From Terriglobia bacterium (GTDB taxonomy: Bacteria; Acidobacteriota; Terriglobia; JAJPHL01; JAPKYU01), in the NCBI GenBank assembly GCA_965206645.1, contig CBDBKE010000003.1, positions 576,001 to 640,000 of the forward strand: DNA of 64,000 nucleotides, written 5' to 3'. Made by a program: the position numbers and the translations under genes. The notes beneath the pieces were generated by a model. The model was not told where the DNA came from. It made no database searches and saw nothing but the letters and a program-made list of their open reading frames with translations. Below, in pieces: positions 1 through 9,675 of the stretch. Numbering within the stretch: position 1 is the first letter of the stretch; each line of letters starts with the position of its first letter.

Positions 1-1421
1 TAAGCATTCCGGACCAGTTCCTCCATCTGGCTCAGGATGGCCGCCACTGCGTCGGCGGAAGGCGCTTCGGCGTAGAGCCGCAGCAGCGGCTCGGTGCCGG
101 AGACGCGCACCAGAACCCAGGCGCCGGGTTCGAGCAGGAACTTGATGCCGTCCAGCGTTTTGACCCCTGTCACGCGGAAACCCGCAATGTTCGCGGGGGC
201 CCGCGCCAGAGCCGCCACTGCTCGCTCTTTCTGCCCCGGCGACAGATGCAGATCCAGCCGGTTGTAAACCTGCGGCCCGTAGCGGCGGTGCAGTTCGCCC
301 ACCAACTCGCCCAGGGTTTTGCCGCGGTCGGCCATCAGCTCGGCCAGCAGGAGGGAGACCAAAATGCCGTCGCGCTCTGGCAGGTGCCCCTTGACACCGA
401 TGCCCCCGCTCTCCTCCCCGCCGATCAGGATGTCGCGCTCCAGCATGAGGTCACAGATGTGCTTGAAGCCGATGGGGGTCTCGTGCAGCTTCAAGCCGTG
501 GCGCACCGCGATGCGGTCTACCATCTTGGTGGTGGAAAAGGTCTTGGCCACTTCGCCGCGCAACCCGCGCTGCTCCAGCAGGTATTCGAGCAGCAAGCTG
601 AAGATGCGTTGGGAATCCACCATCTCCCCGGTCCGGTCAATCGCCCCCACCCGGTCGGCATCGCCGTCCAGAGCAAAGCCGGCGTCGAGGCCGTCTTCCA
701 CGACGGCGCGCCGCAACTCCTCAACGTGCGGCTCGATGGGTTCCGGATTCAGGCCGGGGAAAAGCGGGTTCCGCACGCCATGCACTTCCCGGTTAGGAAT
801 GCCGTGCTGCTCGAACAGCGCCGGTAGGTAGCCGCGGGAGGCGCCATACATGGGATCCACCGCCAGCCTCAGACCGGCGCTGGCGATCTTCTTCAGGTTG
901 GCCAGTCGTGCCACGTGTTCCAGGTAGGGCGCGCGGAAATCCGCGTGACGGATATCTCCGCCGGGCTGTTGCGGCACCGGGAGGTCGATCGCGGCTTCAA
1001 TCTTGCGAACAATTTCCGGCGAAGCCGAACCTCCGTAACTCGCTTTGAATTTGACGCCGTTCCACTGCCAGGGGTTGTGGCTGGCGGTAATCATCACCGC
1101 ACCGGCCGTCTGCCAGTGGCGCACGGCGTAGGACACGGCCGGTGTCGGGGTGTGGTCGGCCGCCAGCCAGACGCGCAGGCCGGCACGGGCCAGCTCCTCG
1201 GTAGCCGCCTGCGCGAAGCGCTCCGAGCCAAAGCGCAGGTCGTAGCCGATGGCGACCCCGCGCTCCGGTTGCTCGTAACGCTGAATGTAGGCCGCGACCG
1301 CGCGCGCCACCCGGCGCACGTTGTCGGTGGTGAAATCGTCGGCGATGACGCCGCGCCACCCGTCGGTGCCGAACTTGATCCCGGCTACAGCAGCTTCTCG
1401 CGCTTGTTCTTTTCCAGCCAC
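1..1421 (-). CDS. Phosphoglucomutase/phosphomannomutase family protein (stop codon cut by window edge; start uncertain)
   Basis: Not in ORF track. Manual minus-strand translation gives IKFGTDGWRG, ITASHNP, DGDADR and RVSGTEPLLRLYAE motifs. In-frame GTG at 1421 overlaps the 3' end of manC. Confidence 0.9.
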   Translation of the reverse strand, partial: MAGKEQAREAAVAGIKFGTDGWRGVIADDFTTDNVRRVARAVAAYIQRYEQPERGVAIGYDLRFGSERFAQAATEELARAGLRVWLAADHTPTPAVSYAVRHWQTAGAVMITASHNPWQWNGVKFKASYGGSASPEIVRKIEAAIDLPVPQQPGGDIRHADFRAPYLEHVARLANLKKIASAGLRLAVDPMYGASRGYLPALFEQHGIPNREVHGVRNPLFPGLNPEPIEPHVEELRRAVVEDGLDAGFALDGDADRVGAIDRTGEMVDSQRIFSLLLEYLLEQRGLRGEVAKTFSTTKMVDRIAVRHGLKLHETPIGFKHICDLMLERDILIGGEESGGIGVKGHLPERDGILVSLLLAELMADRGKTLGELVGELHRRYGPQVYNRLDLHLSPGQKERAVAALARAPANIAGFRVTGVKTLDGIKFLLEPGAWVLVRVSGTEPLLRLYAEAPSADAVAAILSQMEELVRNA

Positions 1422-2512
1422 GCCACCACCTTCGCCACGTCCTGAGCCCGATCGCGGCGCGCGATCAACAACGCGTCGCGGCAGTCTACTACCACCAAGT
1501 TTTCCACCCCGATGGCCACAACCATCTTTTTGGGCCCCTTGCTTCCCGGCACCCCCAGCACGTCCAGGTAGTTGCCCCGGGCGTCGAGCAGCCAGGCCCG
1601 GCCGCGCACCGCATTGCCGTCCTCGTCGTGTGGCAACAGCTCATAGAGGGCGTTCCAGCTCCCCACGTCATTCCAACCCATTTCGCAAGACAGGCCCACG
1701 ACCCGCCCCGCAGTTCCGGCTTTTTCCAGCACCGCGTAATCCACCGAAATGTTGTCGCACCTCGGGTAGAGGCGCGCTAGCGTTGCCGGCCGGAAATCCC
1801 CGGCGATTTCGGCCAGCGCCGCTGCAGTTCGCGGCAGGTATTGTTCCAACGCGTCCAGGATGGTTCCGGCAGACCACAGGAACATTCCGCTGTTCCAGAA
1901 GTGCCGCCCGCTGCGCAAGAAACGCCGGGCGGTCGCCATGTCCGGCTTCTCGCGGAAACGCTCGACAGGCTGGAGCCGAAGTCCGCTCGAGGGGCGGGCC
2001 ACGAACTGGATGTAGCCGTAGCCGGTTTCCGGCCAGCGCGGGCGGATGCCCAGGACCACCAGGGACCCGGCGGCAGCGGCGCGCGATGCCACCCGCAGCG
2101 CTCTATGAAACTGGACCGGGCGGGCCACGACGTGGTCGGACGGAAAAACCCCAAGCAACACCTCCCGGCCGGCCACGCGCGCAATCAATTGTGCGGCCAG
2201 GCCGATGGCCGGGGCTGTATTGCGCTGGGCAGGCTCGGCGATCACCTGCGACGGCGGGATGGCCGGAAGCTGCCGCAGGATGAGCTCACGCAGGTGCTGG
2301 TTGGTAAGGATCCAGGTGCGCCTGGGTGGGACGACCGGTTGCAGCCGCTCCAGTGTCTGCTGGATCAGGCTTCCGCGGCCCAACACGGGCAGCACCTGCT
2401 TGGCCCGATGCCGGCGGCTGAGAGGCCAGAAGCGCGTGCCCCGCCCGCCCGCCAGAATCACGGCGTGCAACGGGATTTCGGATTTCAGATTTCGGTTTGC
2501 GGATTTATTCAT
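1385..2512 (-). CDS. manC: Mannose-1-phosphate guanylyltransferase
   Basis: VILAGGRGTRFWPLSR, EPAQRNTAPAI, ETGYGYI, FREKP, WNSGMF, ISVDYAVLEK, WNDVGSW motifs. Start approximate. Confidence 0.93.
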   Translation of the reverse strand: MNKSANRNLKSEIPLHAVILAGGRGTRFWPLSRRHRAKQVLPVLGRGSLIQQTLERLQPVVPPRRTWILTNQHLRELILRQLPAIPPSQVIAEPAQRNTAPAIGLAAQLIARVAGREVLLGVFPSDHVVARPVQFHRALRVASRAAAAGSLVVLGIRPRWPETGYGYIQFVARPSSGLRLQPVERFREKPDMATARRFLRSGRHFWNSGMFLWSAGTILDALEQYLPRTAAALAEIAGDFRPATLARLYPRCDNISVDYAVLEKAGTAGRVVGLSCEMGWNDVGSWNALYELLPHDEDGNAVRGRAWLLDARGNYLDVLGVPGSKGPKKMVVAIGVENLVVVDCRDALLIARRDRAQDVAKVVAWLEKNKREKLL

Positions 2513-2589
2513 ACACGAAGAGGGCCGAAACCATCTTCCACCACAGAGCCAGGTGAGGGCAAACAATCCCAAATCCGAAATCCAAAATT
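2473..2589. repeat. Two inverted arrays of heptamer repeats (GGATTTC x5 / AAATCCN x3-4)
   Basis: ggatttc ggatttc agatttc ggtttgc ggattt at 2473-2506; aatccc aaatccg aaatcca aaatt at 2565-2589. Confidence 0.7.
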
Positions 2590-2590
2590 G

Positions 2591-3487
2591 TCAGAGGTCT
2601 TCAATCGCGATCCTCCTCTGCTGCTCCCCGGGCACTCCTGCTCGCTTGAGTGTGGCCCGGAATCCCTCGACGCTCGCTGGCACATAAGCCGTCAGCCAAC
2701 TGGTTGGGCGGCTGGGGACCACGGCATATTTCTCCAGGGTCTCCGGCAGACACCACGCTTGCTGGCGACCGTAAGGTGCCTGAAAATCTCCCGCTGCAAT
2801 CTTTCCTTCGCCCTCCAGGAAAATGAGCACCTCAATGCGGGTTGCTTCCTTTCGGCTGCAATAGGTGCGCGCTGCCGAGAGGCGCTCCAGAGCAAAGTGG
2901 CGGCAGCCGACCAGATAGTCGTGAGTTAGCTCAGCCGGGCCCGCCCGGGCAGGCCGAACGCGCCCGGCAGCCGGATGGCGCCGCATCACCTCAAGTGCCT
3001 TTTCCAAATGAAGCTCCCGCGGGCGCCCGTAATCGTAGAGCCTGTAGGTGATGTCGCTGAACTGCTGGATCTCGCACAGCGTCAGTCCCGGCCCGATGGC
3101 ATGGACGGTGCCCGCCGGTACAAAGATGAAGTCACCTGGATCGACCGCGAGCCAGTTCAGTTCTTCTTCGATGGTTCCCCCGCGCACCCGTTCCCGAATT
3201 TCCTCGTGGCCCATGTCCCGGCGGAACCCCACGGCCAGTTGCGCGCCGGGCTCGACTTCCATCACGTACCAACATTCGGTCTTGCCAGCGCTGTTCTCGT
3301 GCTCGAGGGCGTAGGCGTCGGCCGGGTGCACCTGCACGGAGAGCTTTTCGCTGGTGAAGAGGAACTTCAGCAGCAGCGGGGGCGCCGGAAACCAAATCTC
3401 GCCCAGGCGCCGCCCATCGCGGAACTGCCCCCAGACTTTTTCGTAGTAAACGGGCGCAATGGGGAAGGGCTGCTGCTCGAGGTCCAC
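2591..3487 (-). CDS. manA: Class I mannose-6-phosphate isomerase (cupin)
   Basis: LSVQVHP, GKTECWY, PAGTVHAIG, EIQQxSDITYRLYDY motifs. Confidence 0.92.
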   Translation of the reverse strand: MDLEQQPFPIAPVYYEKVWGQFRDGRRLGEIWFPAPPLLLKFLFTSEKLSVQVHPADAYALEHENSAGKTECWYVMEVEPGAQLAVGFRRDMGHEEIRERVRGGTIEEELNWLAVDPGDFIFVPAGTVHAIGPGLTLCEIQQFSDITYRLYDYGRPRELHLEKALEVMRRHPAAGRVRPARAGPAELTHDYLVGCRHFALERLSAARTYCSRKEATRIEVLIFLEGEGKIAAGDFQAPYGRQQAWCLPETLEKYAVVPSRPTSWLTAYVPASVEGFRATLKRAGVPGEQQRRIAIEDL

Positions 3488-3492
3488 GCCTA

Positions 3493-3547
3493 CCTCAACT
3501 TAGCCTCAACTCGGACCCAACTCGGCCTCAACTTGGCCTCAGCTTGG
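3493..3547. repeat. Imperfect 11-bp tandem repeat (CCTCAACTTGG-like, about 5 copies)
   Basis: cctcaacttag cctcaactcgg acccaactcgg cctcaacttgg cctcagcttgg, spanning the aminotransferase stop and the manA RBS. Confidence 0.75.
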
Positions 3548-4709
3548 CGAAGAACTGGCGCATTCGCTCCAGACCCCGCTCCAGCTCGCGGATCGAGGTG
3601 GCATATGAAAGCCGCAGGTGTTCCGTGGTGCCGAAGGCCTCGCCCGGCACCAGCGCCACCTGCGCTTCGCGGAGAAGGCGGCCGACCAGCTCCATGGTGG
3701 AGGTACCCCCGTCAATCTTCAGGTAAGCGCCCACGTTCGGATACACGTAGAAGGCGCCCTGCGGCATCGGGCAACGGACGCCGGGGATGTCACGCAGCCC
3801 CTGCACCACGAAATCGCGCCGCTGCCGGTATTCCGCGCACATCTGGCCCACCGAATCCTGGGGGCCCCGCAGCGCCTCGATGGCCGCCTTCTGCGCGATG
3901 GAAGTGGTGTTGGAGGTGCAGTGACTCTGCAGCTTTAACATAGCCTGAATGATCTCGGGGCGTGCCAGCGCGTAACCCACCCGCCAGCCGGTCATGGCAA
4001 AGGTCTTCGAGAGCGAACCGACCACGATGGCCTTTTCGCGAGCGCCGGGGAATGCCCCCACCGAGAAGGGCTGGCCTTCGTAAACAAAGTGCGAGTAGCA
4101 CTCGTCGGAAAGCAGCAAGACGCCGCGCGCGGCGGCCAACTCATAAAACTGGCGAAACTCCTCGAGCCCGATCACCGCCCCGCTGGGGTTGCTGGGGGAG
4201 TTGAGAATCAGCAAGCGCGTGCGCTCCGTCAGGGCCTGCTCGACAGCTTCCAGCCGCAACCGGTAACCGGCTTCTTCATCGGTCGGCACCAGGACCGCGC
4301 GCCCGCTCGCGTACTGGATAATGTCGCGGAAGCTGACCCAATAAGGCACCGGAAGCACCACCTCGTCGCCGGGATTGACCAGCACCGAGATGGCGTTGAA
4401 GATGGCGTGCTTGCCCCCCACGGTGACCAGCACTTCGGCCGGCGTGTATTCGGTGCCGAACTGCTGATGGTGCCAGTCGCAAATGGCCCGTTTCAATTCT
4501 GCGACTCCGCCAGTCGGCGTGTACTTGGTAAAGCCCTCCTGGATGGCGCGGATGGCGGCTTGGCAGATATTGTCGGGGGTGATGAAATCCGGCTCACCCG
4601 CGCCGAAATCCACCAGGTCGGCGCCCGCCGCCCGGGACCGTTCGGCCTCCACCACCACGGCCTGCGTGGCGCTCACAGAAATTCGCGAAATACGTTCGGA
4701 TAGTTGCAT
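3528..4709 (-). CDS. PLP-dependent class I aminotransferase (aspartate aminotransferase-like)
   Basis: GEPDF, NSPSNPSG, SDECY, SLSKTFAMTGWRVGY (PLP lysine). Confidence 0.92.
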   Translation of the reverse strand: MQLSERISRISVSATQAVVVEAERSRAAGADLVDFGAGEPDFITPDNICQAAIRAIQEGFTKYTPTGGVAELKRAICDWHHQQFGTEYTPAEVLVTVGGKHAIFNAISVLVNPGDEVVLPVPYWVSFRDIIQYASGRAVLVPTDEEAGYRLRLEAVEQALTERTRLLILNSPSNPSGAVIGLEEFRQFYELAAARGVLLLSDECYSHFVYEGQPFSVGAFPGAREKAIVVGSLSKTFAMTGWRVGYALARPEIIQAMLKLQSHCTSNTTSIAQKAAIEALRGPQDSVGQMCAEYRQRRDFVVQGLRDIPGVRCPMPQGAFYVYPNVGAYLKIDGGTSTMELVGRLLREAQVALVPGEAFGTTEHLRLSYATSIRELERGLERMRQFFAKLRPS

Positions 4710-4737
4710 AGGTCGCTCAGTTCAGCCGGTGCCAGAG

Positions 4738-5226
4738 TCAGACTGGAACCTTGGTTTTCAGCCGTTCCACCACGATGGGCGGCACCAGGTCCTTGATGTC
4801 GCCGCCCAGCAGGTGCACCCCCTTGACCAGCCGCGAACTAATGTAGCTGTAGGTTTCGGCCGGCATCATAAACACGGTTTCCACTCGAGGGTTCAGCTTG
4901 CGGTTCATCAGAGCCATCTGCAGCTCGTACTCGTAGTCGGAGATGGCCCGGATGCCCCGCAGAATGACGTTGGCCTCGGAGCGGGCGGCGTATTCCACTA
5001 GAAGCCCGTCAAACGCCTCCACGCGGACCCGGCCCAGCGGTACCGTCACTTCCCGCAGCATCTCCATCCGCTCTTCCAGCGAGAACAGGGGATGCTTGTC
5101 TGGATTGCGGAGTACCGCAATGATCAGCTCATCGAAAATCTCAATGCTACGCTCGATCAGATCCAGGTGGCCGTTGGTGAGCGGGTCGAATGACCCTGGG
5201 TACACGGCCCGCGTGTATTTGGCCAT
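4738..5226 (-). CDS. coaD: Phosphopantetheine adenylyltransferase
   Basis: YPGSFDPLTNGHLD, RGIRAISDYEYE, ISSRLVK. Start placed at ATG 5226, 7 nt downstream of -10 TAGAAT. Confidence 0.96.
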   Translation of the reverse strand: MAKYTRAVYPGSFDPLTNGHLDLIERSIEIFDELIIAVLRNPDKHPLFSLEERMEMLREVTVPLGRVRVEAFDGLLVEYAARSEANVILRGIRAISDYEYELQMALMNRKLNPRVETVFMMPAETYSYISSRLVKGVHLLGGDIKDLVPPIVVERLKTKVPV

Positions 5227-5233
5227 CCCACGC

Positions 5234-5263
5234 ATTCTAGGGGGCGCCGCGTAGCCCCGTCAA
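5234..5263 (-). promoter_or_regulatory. Sigma70-like promoter for leaderless coaD
   Basis: TTGACG-18nt-TAGAAT-7nt-ATG; no SD. Confidence 0.65.
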
Positions 5264-5331
5264 CGTCCTCACACCGTTTCGCTCTGGAGACCCTGAGATT
5301 GACGGGGATGGGCGAGGCGCAATAAACTCAA

Positions 5332-6924
5332 TTGATGTGGTTTTCCGGGGACGCCGTTCGGTGGCGGAAGCGCGCTGCGGCAGCCCTCGTGGCCTCGGCG
5401 TGCTTTCTCGCTGGCCTGCCGCTGCTGGCGCAACACCCAGCGCGGGTCGACAGCAGCCTGCCCCTGTTCGTGGTGATGGCCGCCATCAACGCGGCCGGCT
5501 ATGAGGCGGGTGTGGATTCGCCGCACGCCAGCCCCGTGCGTCGGCTGGTTCGCCAACAGGTCGCCGCGGCCAAGCCGGCCAGCCTGGAAGCCTTGCGGGC
5601 CTTCTACGTGGCCCAGCGCCACCCGGACCCGGCGTTCGACCTCAGCCAGTACATCTCCTTCGCGCTGTTGATCGGCGGTCCGCCGGACTTTCCCTTCCGG
5701 GTGCAGGAATCGGAGCTGCCGCCTGAGGTTTCCGCGCTGCGCGACCTGCGGCCTCTGCTGGCTGCCTTCTACCAGGAGGCCAACCTGGAGGCGCTGTGGG
5801 AGGAATACCGCCCCGCCTACGAGCGGGAGCTGGATCGATACAACGAAGGTTTGGGGTACCTGATGTTGGAGCTGAACGGCTACCTGCGCATCGCCTCCTC
5901 AGGTTTCCTGGGGCGTAACTTCTGGGTTCACGTCGACCTGCTAGGAGCCCCTGGGCAGGCGAACGCGAGGGGATTCGGGCGCGATTACTACGTCGTGGTC
6001 AGCACCGCCCCCGAGCTGAAACTGAAGGAGATCCGCCACGGTTTGCTGCACTATCTGCTGGAGCCGCTGGCCCTCAAGCACAGGAGCTTGGTGCGCACGA
6101 AATCGGACTTGCAATGGTTTGCCGAAGCCGCGCACGGGCTGCAACCCGCATTGCGCAAGGATTTCCGGCTGTTGCTCTCCGAATCGCTCATCCGCGCGCT
6201 GGAGCTGCGGCTGGCCGAAGACACCCCGGCCGCCAAGCAACAGCGCCTGCGCGAGATCCTGGAAGGAGGGCATTTTCTGGCACCCTATTTCTACGAGGCG
6301 CTGGAGAAGTTTGAACAGCAGGAGGCCGGAATCCGGATCTATTATCCGGAGATGCTGGAGAAGCTGGACGTAGGACACGAGCGGAAGCGGCTAGCCGGAG
6401 TCCAATTCCGGGAGGCCACAGAAGCCGATGGTCTGGGGCACCTGCGGATGCCTGCGATGCCGGTGGCGGGCGCAACCGACTCCACCCCCAACGCGTCGGA
6501 AGAAGAAACGGTGTTGGCCCAAGCAGAGGACGCAATGGCCCGCCAGGATTTCGCTCAGGCTCGCCGACTATTTCGCGCCGCGCTGGAAAAGAACGGCGCA
6601 TTGCAAGCACGAGCCCTCTATGGCCTGGCCCTGGTAGCTACCCAGGAAAGGCAACCGGAACTGGCCAGGAGCTACTTCGAGCGCACCCTGGAGGTCAGCA
6701 AAGACCCCCACCTGCTGGCCTGGTCGCATATCTACCTGGGACGCATTTATGATATGAAGCAAGAGCGCGAGCTCGCAGTCGAACACTACCGGCAAGCGCT
6801 GGAGACTCAGGACGTGGAGGCGGCGACCCGTCGGGCAGCCGAACTCGGCCTAGAGGCCCCGTTCCGCCGGGAGACATTGCGCGAACAAGGCGGGGACAGC
6901 GGGAAGAAGAACGGATCGTGCTAA
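5332..6924 (+). CDS. Exported TPR-repeat protein
   Basis: Signal-like N-terminus and C-terminal TPR helices (ALYGLA, HIYLGRIYD...AVEHYRQAL). Confidence 0.75.
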   Translation: MMWFSGDAVRWRKRAAAALVASACFLAGLPLLAQHPARVDSSLPLFVVMAAINAAGYEAGVDSPHASPVRRLVRQQVAAAKPASLEALRAFYVAQRHPDPAFDLSQYISFALLIGGPPDFPFRVQESELPPEVSALRDLRPLLAAFYQEANLEALWEEYRPAYERELDRYNEGLGYLMLELNGYLRIASSGFLGRNFWVHVDLLGAPGQANARGFGRDYYVVVSTAPELKLKEIRHGLLHYLLEPLALKHRSLVRTKSDLQWFAEAAHGLQPALRKDFRLLLSESLIRALELRLAEDTPAAKQQRLREILEGGHFLAPYFYEALEKFEQQEAGIRIYYPEMLEKLDVGHERKRLAGVQFREATEADGLGHLRMPAMPVAGATDSTPNASEEETVLAQAEDAMARQDFAQARRLFRAALEKNGALQARALYGLALVATQERQPELARSYFERTLEVSKDPHLLAWSHIYLGRIYDMKQERELAVEHYRQALETQDVEAATRRAAELGLEAPFRRETLREQGGDSGKKNGSC

Positions 6925-6931
6925 CAACAGC

Positions 6932-7780
6932 GTGGAAGGAGAGCAACACCCCATGCGAAGGATGAAAATGAGGACGGCGGCCCTCGCCCTGTTGGTTGGT
7001 CTGCTCATCGTCCTGGCCCCGGCGCAGGAGCCGCAGCAGACCCCAGACACCGGCCAGCCCGACCAGCAAGCGCCAAGCGCCCCGAAGGGGCCCATGGCCG
7101 AAACCGAAGAGGAGTTAGAGGCGTACCAGAAGCTCCTCGATGCCTCCCTGACCGCCGATCAGATGATCTCTCTGGCCGAGGAATTTGTGCAAATGTTCCC
7201 GGACAGCGAGCTGAATAGTTTTGTCTACCTGAAAGCGATGGAAGGCTACCGGCAAAAAGGCGACTTTCCCAAGCTGCGTGAGTTCGGCGAGAAGTCGCTC
7301 GCGATAGATCCGGAAAACGCCCAGGCCTTGCTCTGGCTGGCTCTGTTTATCCCGGAACGGACGAAAAATACCGATCTGGACCGGGAAGAGAAGCTGAAGC
7401 AGGCCGAGGACTACGCCAAGCGCGCCCTGGCGGCCATCGAAAAGAAGGAGAAACCTGATCCGGAAATGTTAGACACCGTATGGGAGGGAGCGGTCAACGA
7501 CATGCGCGCCTCGAGTTACGATGCCCTTGGCCATGTGGCCATGAAGCGCGGGCGGTATGAGGCGGCTGCGGACTTCTTCAAGAAAGCGATCGCGCTCGAG
7601 GTCGAGAAAAATCCCATAGTGCTTTGGCGCCTCGGGCTGACGTACCGGATCATGAAGAAATACGAGATGGCCCGCGACGCGTTGAAACAGGCGGTGGATG
7701 CCGGAGGCATCAGGCATGGCACGCGCGACTATGCCGCCGAGGAGTTGCAGAGGCTTGAGGAGTTGCTGAAAAAACAGTAA
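6932..7780 (+). CDS. Exported TPR-repeat protein
   Basis: Signal peptide and TPR-like helices; true start probably one of the downstream ATGs (6953-6968). Confidence 0.75.
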   Translation: MEGEQHPMRRMKMRTAALALLVGLLIVLAPAQEPQQTPDTGQPDQQAPSAPKGPMAETEEELEAYQKLLDASLTADQMISLAEEFVQMFPDSELNSFVYLKAMEGYRQKGDFPKLREFGEKSLAIDPENAQALLWLALFIPERTKNTDLDREEKLKQAEDYAKRALAAIEKKEKPDPEMLDTVWEGAVNDMRASSYDALGHVAMKRGRYEAAADFFKKAIALEVEKNPIVLWRLGLTYRIMKKYEMARDALKQAVDAGGIRHGTRDYAAEELQRLEELLKKQ

Positions 7781-7873
7781 GGTGGCCTGCACGCCGGCAT
7801 CCGGCAATTGCCGACGCGGATCCAGGAACGGGGGAGTGCGAAGGGTGGAGTAGAAGGAGTCCTCCTCGCCGGC

Positions 7874-7985
7874 ACCCCATGCACCAGCGACCCCATGCAC
7901 CAGCGACCCCATGCACCAGCGACCCCATGCACCAGCGACCCCATGCACCAGCGACCCCATGCACCAGCGACCCCATGCACCAGCG
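7874..7985. repeat. Perfect 16-bp tandem repeat ACCCCATGCACCAGCG x7 (VNTR)
   Basis: Seven consecutive identical units with no spacers, intergenic upstream of rnc. Confidence 0.97.
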
Positions 7986-8067
7986 ACGGGGGATGCTTTC
8001 GTTAGCGAAGGGCCGAGTGGCGCTGGGTCCGGAGTAGCTGCATCCCAGATCCGAAAGCGAAACCCAC

Positions 8068-8799
8068 GTGGACGACCTGAGCGAATTAGAAAAGGCCATC
8101 GGGCACACGTTTGCCCGGCGGGAACTGCTGCTGCGGGCTCTGACCCACAGCTCCCACAGCCACGAGCGCAGAGAGAGCGGCGTTTACCACAACGAGCAGT
8201 TGGAGTTCCTCGGAGATGCGATTTTGGGATTTCTGGTCAGCCGGGAACTGGTGGAGCGCTTCCCGGACTACTCGGAAGGTCAGCTGTCAAAGATGAGAGC
8301 GCACCTGGTGAGCGCAACGCACCTGGTTTCCATTGCCAGCCAGTTGCGCTTGGGCGCGTTTCTGCAACTGGGGCGGGGCGAGGAGAAGAGCGGCGGGCGT
8401 CACAAGCGGGCGCTGCTAGTGGACGGGCTGGAAGCGCTGATTGCCGCCCTCTACCTGGATGCTGGGCTGGAGAAGACGCGCGAGCTGGTCAGCCGCTTGG
8501 TGCTGAGCCACTGGCTGGAACGTGGAATTGAACAGTTTCCCCTGAGCGACTTCAAGTCGACGCTCCAGGAACACCTGCAAGCAGCGCACCTGCCGCAGCC
8601 GCGCTACGTCGTGGTTGGTGAGCGTGGCCCAGAGCACCGCAAGACCTTTACCATCGAGGTCCGGATCGGCAAGGAATTTGTCTCCCAGGCCGAGGGCGCA
8701 ACCAAGAAGGCCGCCGAGCAGGAAGCGGCCCGCGCCGCCCTGCTCCACTTCCAGCAGCGCACCGCGCAGCTTGCCTCCTCGCCGGCTGCAGCAGGTTAA
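8068..8799 (+). CDS. rnc: Ribonuclease III
   Basis: ALTHSS, NEQLEFLGDAIL signature, C-terminal dsRBD (KSTLQE, GPEH, KKAAEQEAA). Confidence 0.96.
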   Translation: MDDLSELEKAIGHTFARRELLLRALTHSSHSHERRESGVYHNEQLEFLGDAILGFLVSRELVERFPDYSEGQLSKMRAHLVSATHLVSIASQLRLGAFLQLGRGEEKSGGRHKRALLVDGLEALIAALYLDAGLEKTRELVSRLVLSHWLERGIEQFPLSDFKSTLQEHLQAAHLPQPRYVVVGERGPEHRKTFTIEVRIGKEFVSQAEGATKKAAEQEAARAALLHFQQRTAQLASSPAAAG

Positions 8800-8810
8800 C
8801 GCAGGTTAAA

Positions 8811-9614
8811 ATGGCGACGACCGAAACCGACGCGAGGAAGGCCCAAAAGACCACCGAGACCTCGCCGGCGCCCGGTGGCGCGGGTCGAAAGTCCACTTTC
8901 CGCGAGTATTTCGAATCCATTGTGGTGACTGTGATCCTGGCGCTGTACGGAACCACGTTCGCCATCCAGGCCTTCAAGATTCCCTCCAGCTCGATGGAAA
9001 ATACGTTGCTGATCGGCGACCACCTGATGGTGGACAAGCTGGCCTATGCGCCGCCCGACCGCTGGCTGGGACCGCTGCTGCCGTACCAGGAGGTTCAGCG
9101 CCGCGACATTGTGGTCTTCAAATTCCCGGTGGACCCAAGCAAGCATTATGTCAAGCGCGTCGTCGGAGTTCCGGGCGACCGGCTGCGAATGGTCAACCAG
9201 CAGCTGTACATCAACGGCCATCTGGCCGACGAAGGCTACAAGGTGCACAAGACGGGCAGCTTGGATGTGTACCGGGACAACTTCCCTGCTTCGGCTCCCC
9301 GCGCTATCTATCAGGACTGGGCGGAGGCCCTGCCCTGGCACGTGGAAGATGGTTGGCTGGTGGTTCCGCCCGGCCACTACTTTGCAATGGGGGACAACCG
9401 GGACAGAAGCGAAGACAGCCGCTTCTGGGGCTTTGTCCCGCGGGAAAATATCCTGGGCAAGCCCGTATTGATTTACTGGTCGCTGGAGAGCACCAGCGCC
9501 GACTACCGTCACCGTTCGCTTTGGAAACGCGTCGCGGGCATCTTGAAAACCATCGTGCAGTTTCCGTTCAAGACCCGTTGGGAGCGGATGTTCTTGCTGA
9601 TTCGCCCCAACTAG
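8811..9614 (+). CDS. lepB: Signal peptidase I
   Basis: IPSSSMENTL (Ser), YVKRVVGVPGD (Lys), MGDNRDRSEDSRFWG. Confidence 0.95.
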   Translation: MATTETDARKAQKTTETSPAPGGAGRKSTFREYFESIVVTVILALYGTTFAIQAFKIPSSSMENTLLIGDHLMVDKLAYAPPDRWLGPLLPYQEVQRRDIVVFKFPVDPSKHYVKRVVGVPGDRLRMVNQQLYINGHLADEGYKVHKTGSLDVYRDNFPASAPRAIYQDWAEALPWHVEDGWLVVPPGHYFAMGDNRDRSEDSRFWGFVPRENILGKPVLIYWSLESTSADYRHRSLWKRVAGILKTIVQFPFKTRWERMFLLIRPN

Positions 9615-9675
9615 AAGATTCCTGGTAACTTTAAGAGATTCGATGCTGCTTGAAGACAACTAGCTGGAATCGTCC

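Noticed and set aside
7874-7987. Possible CRISPR array
   Set aside because: Units are contiguous 16-mers with no spacers, and no cas genes are in the window.
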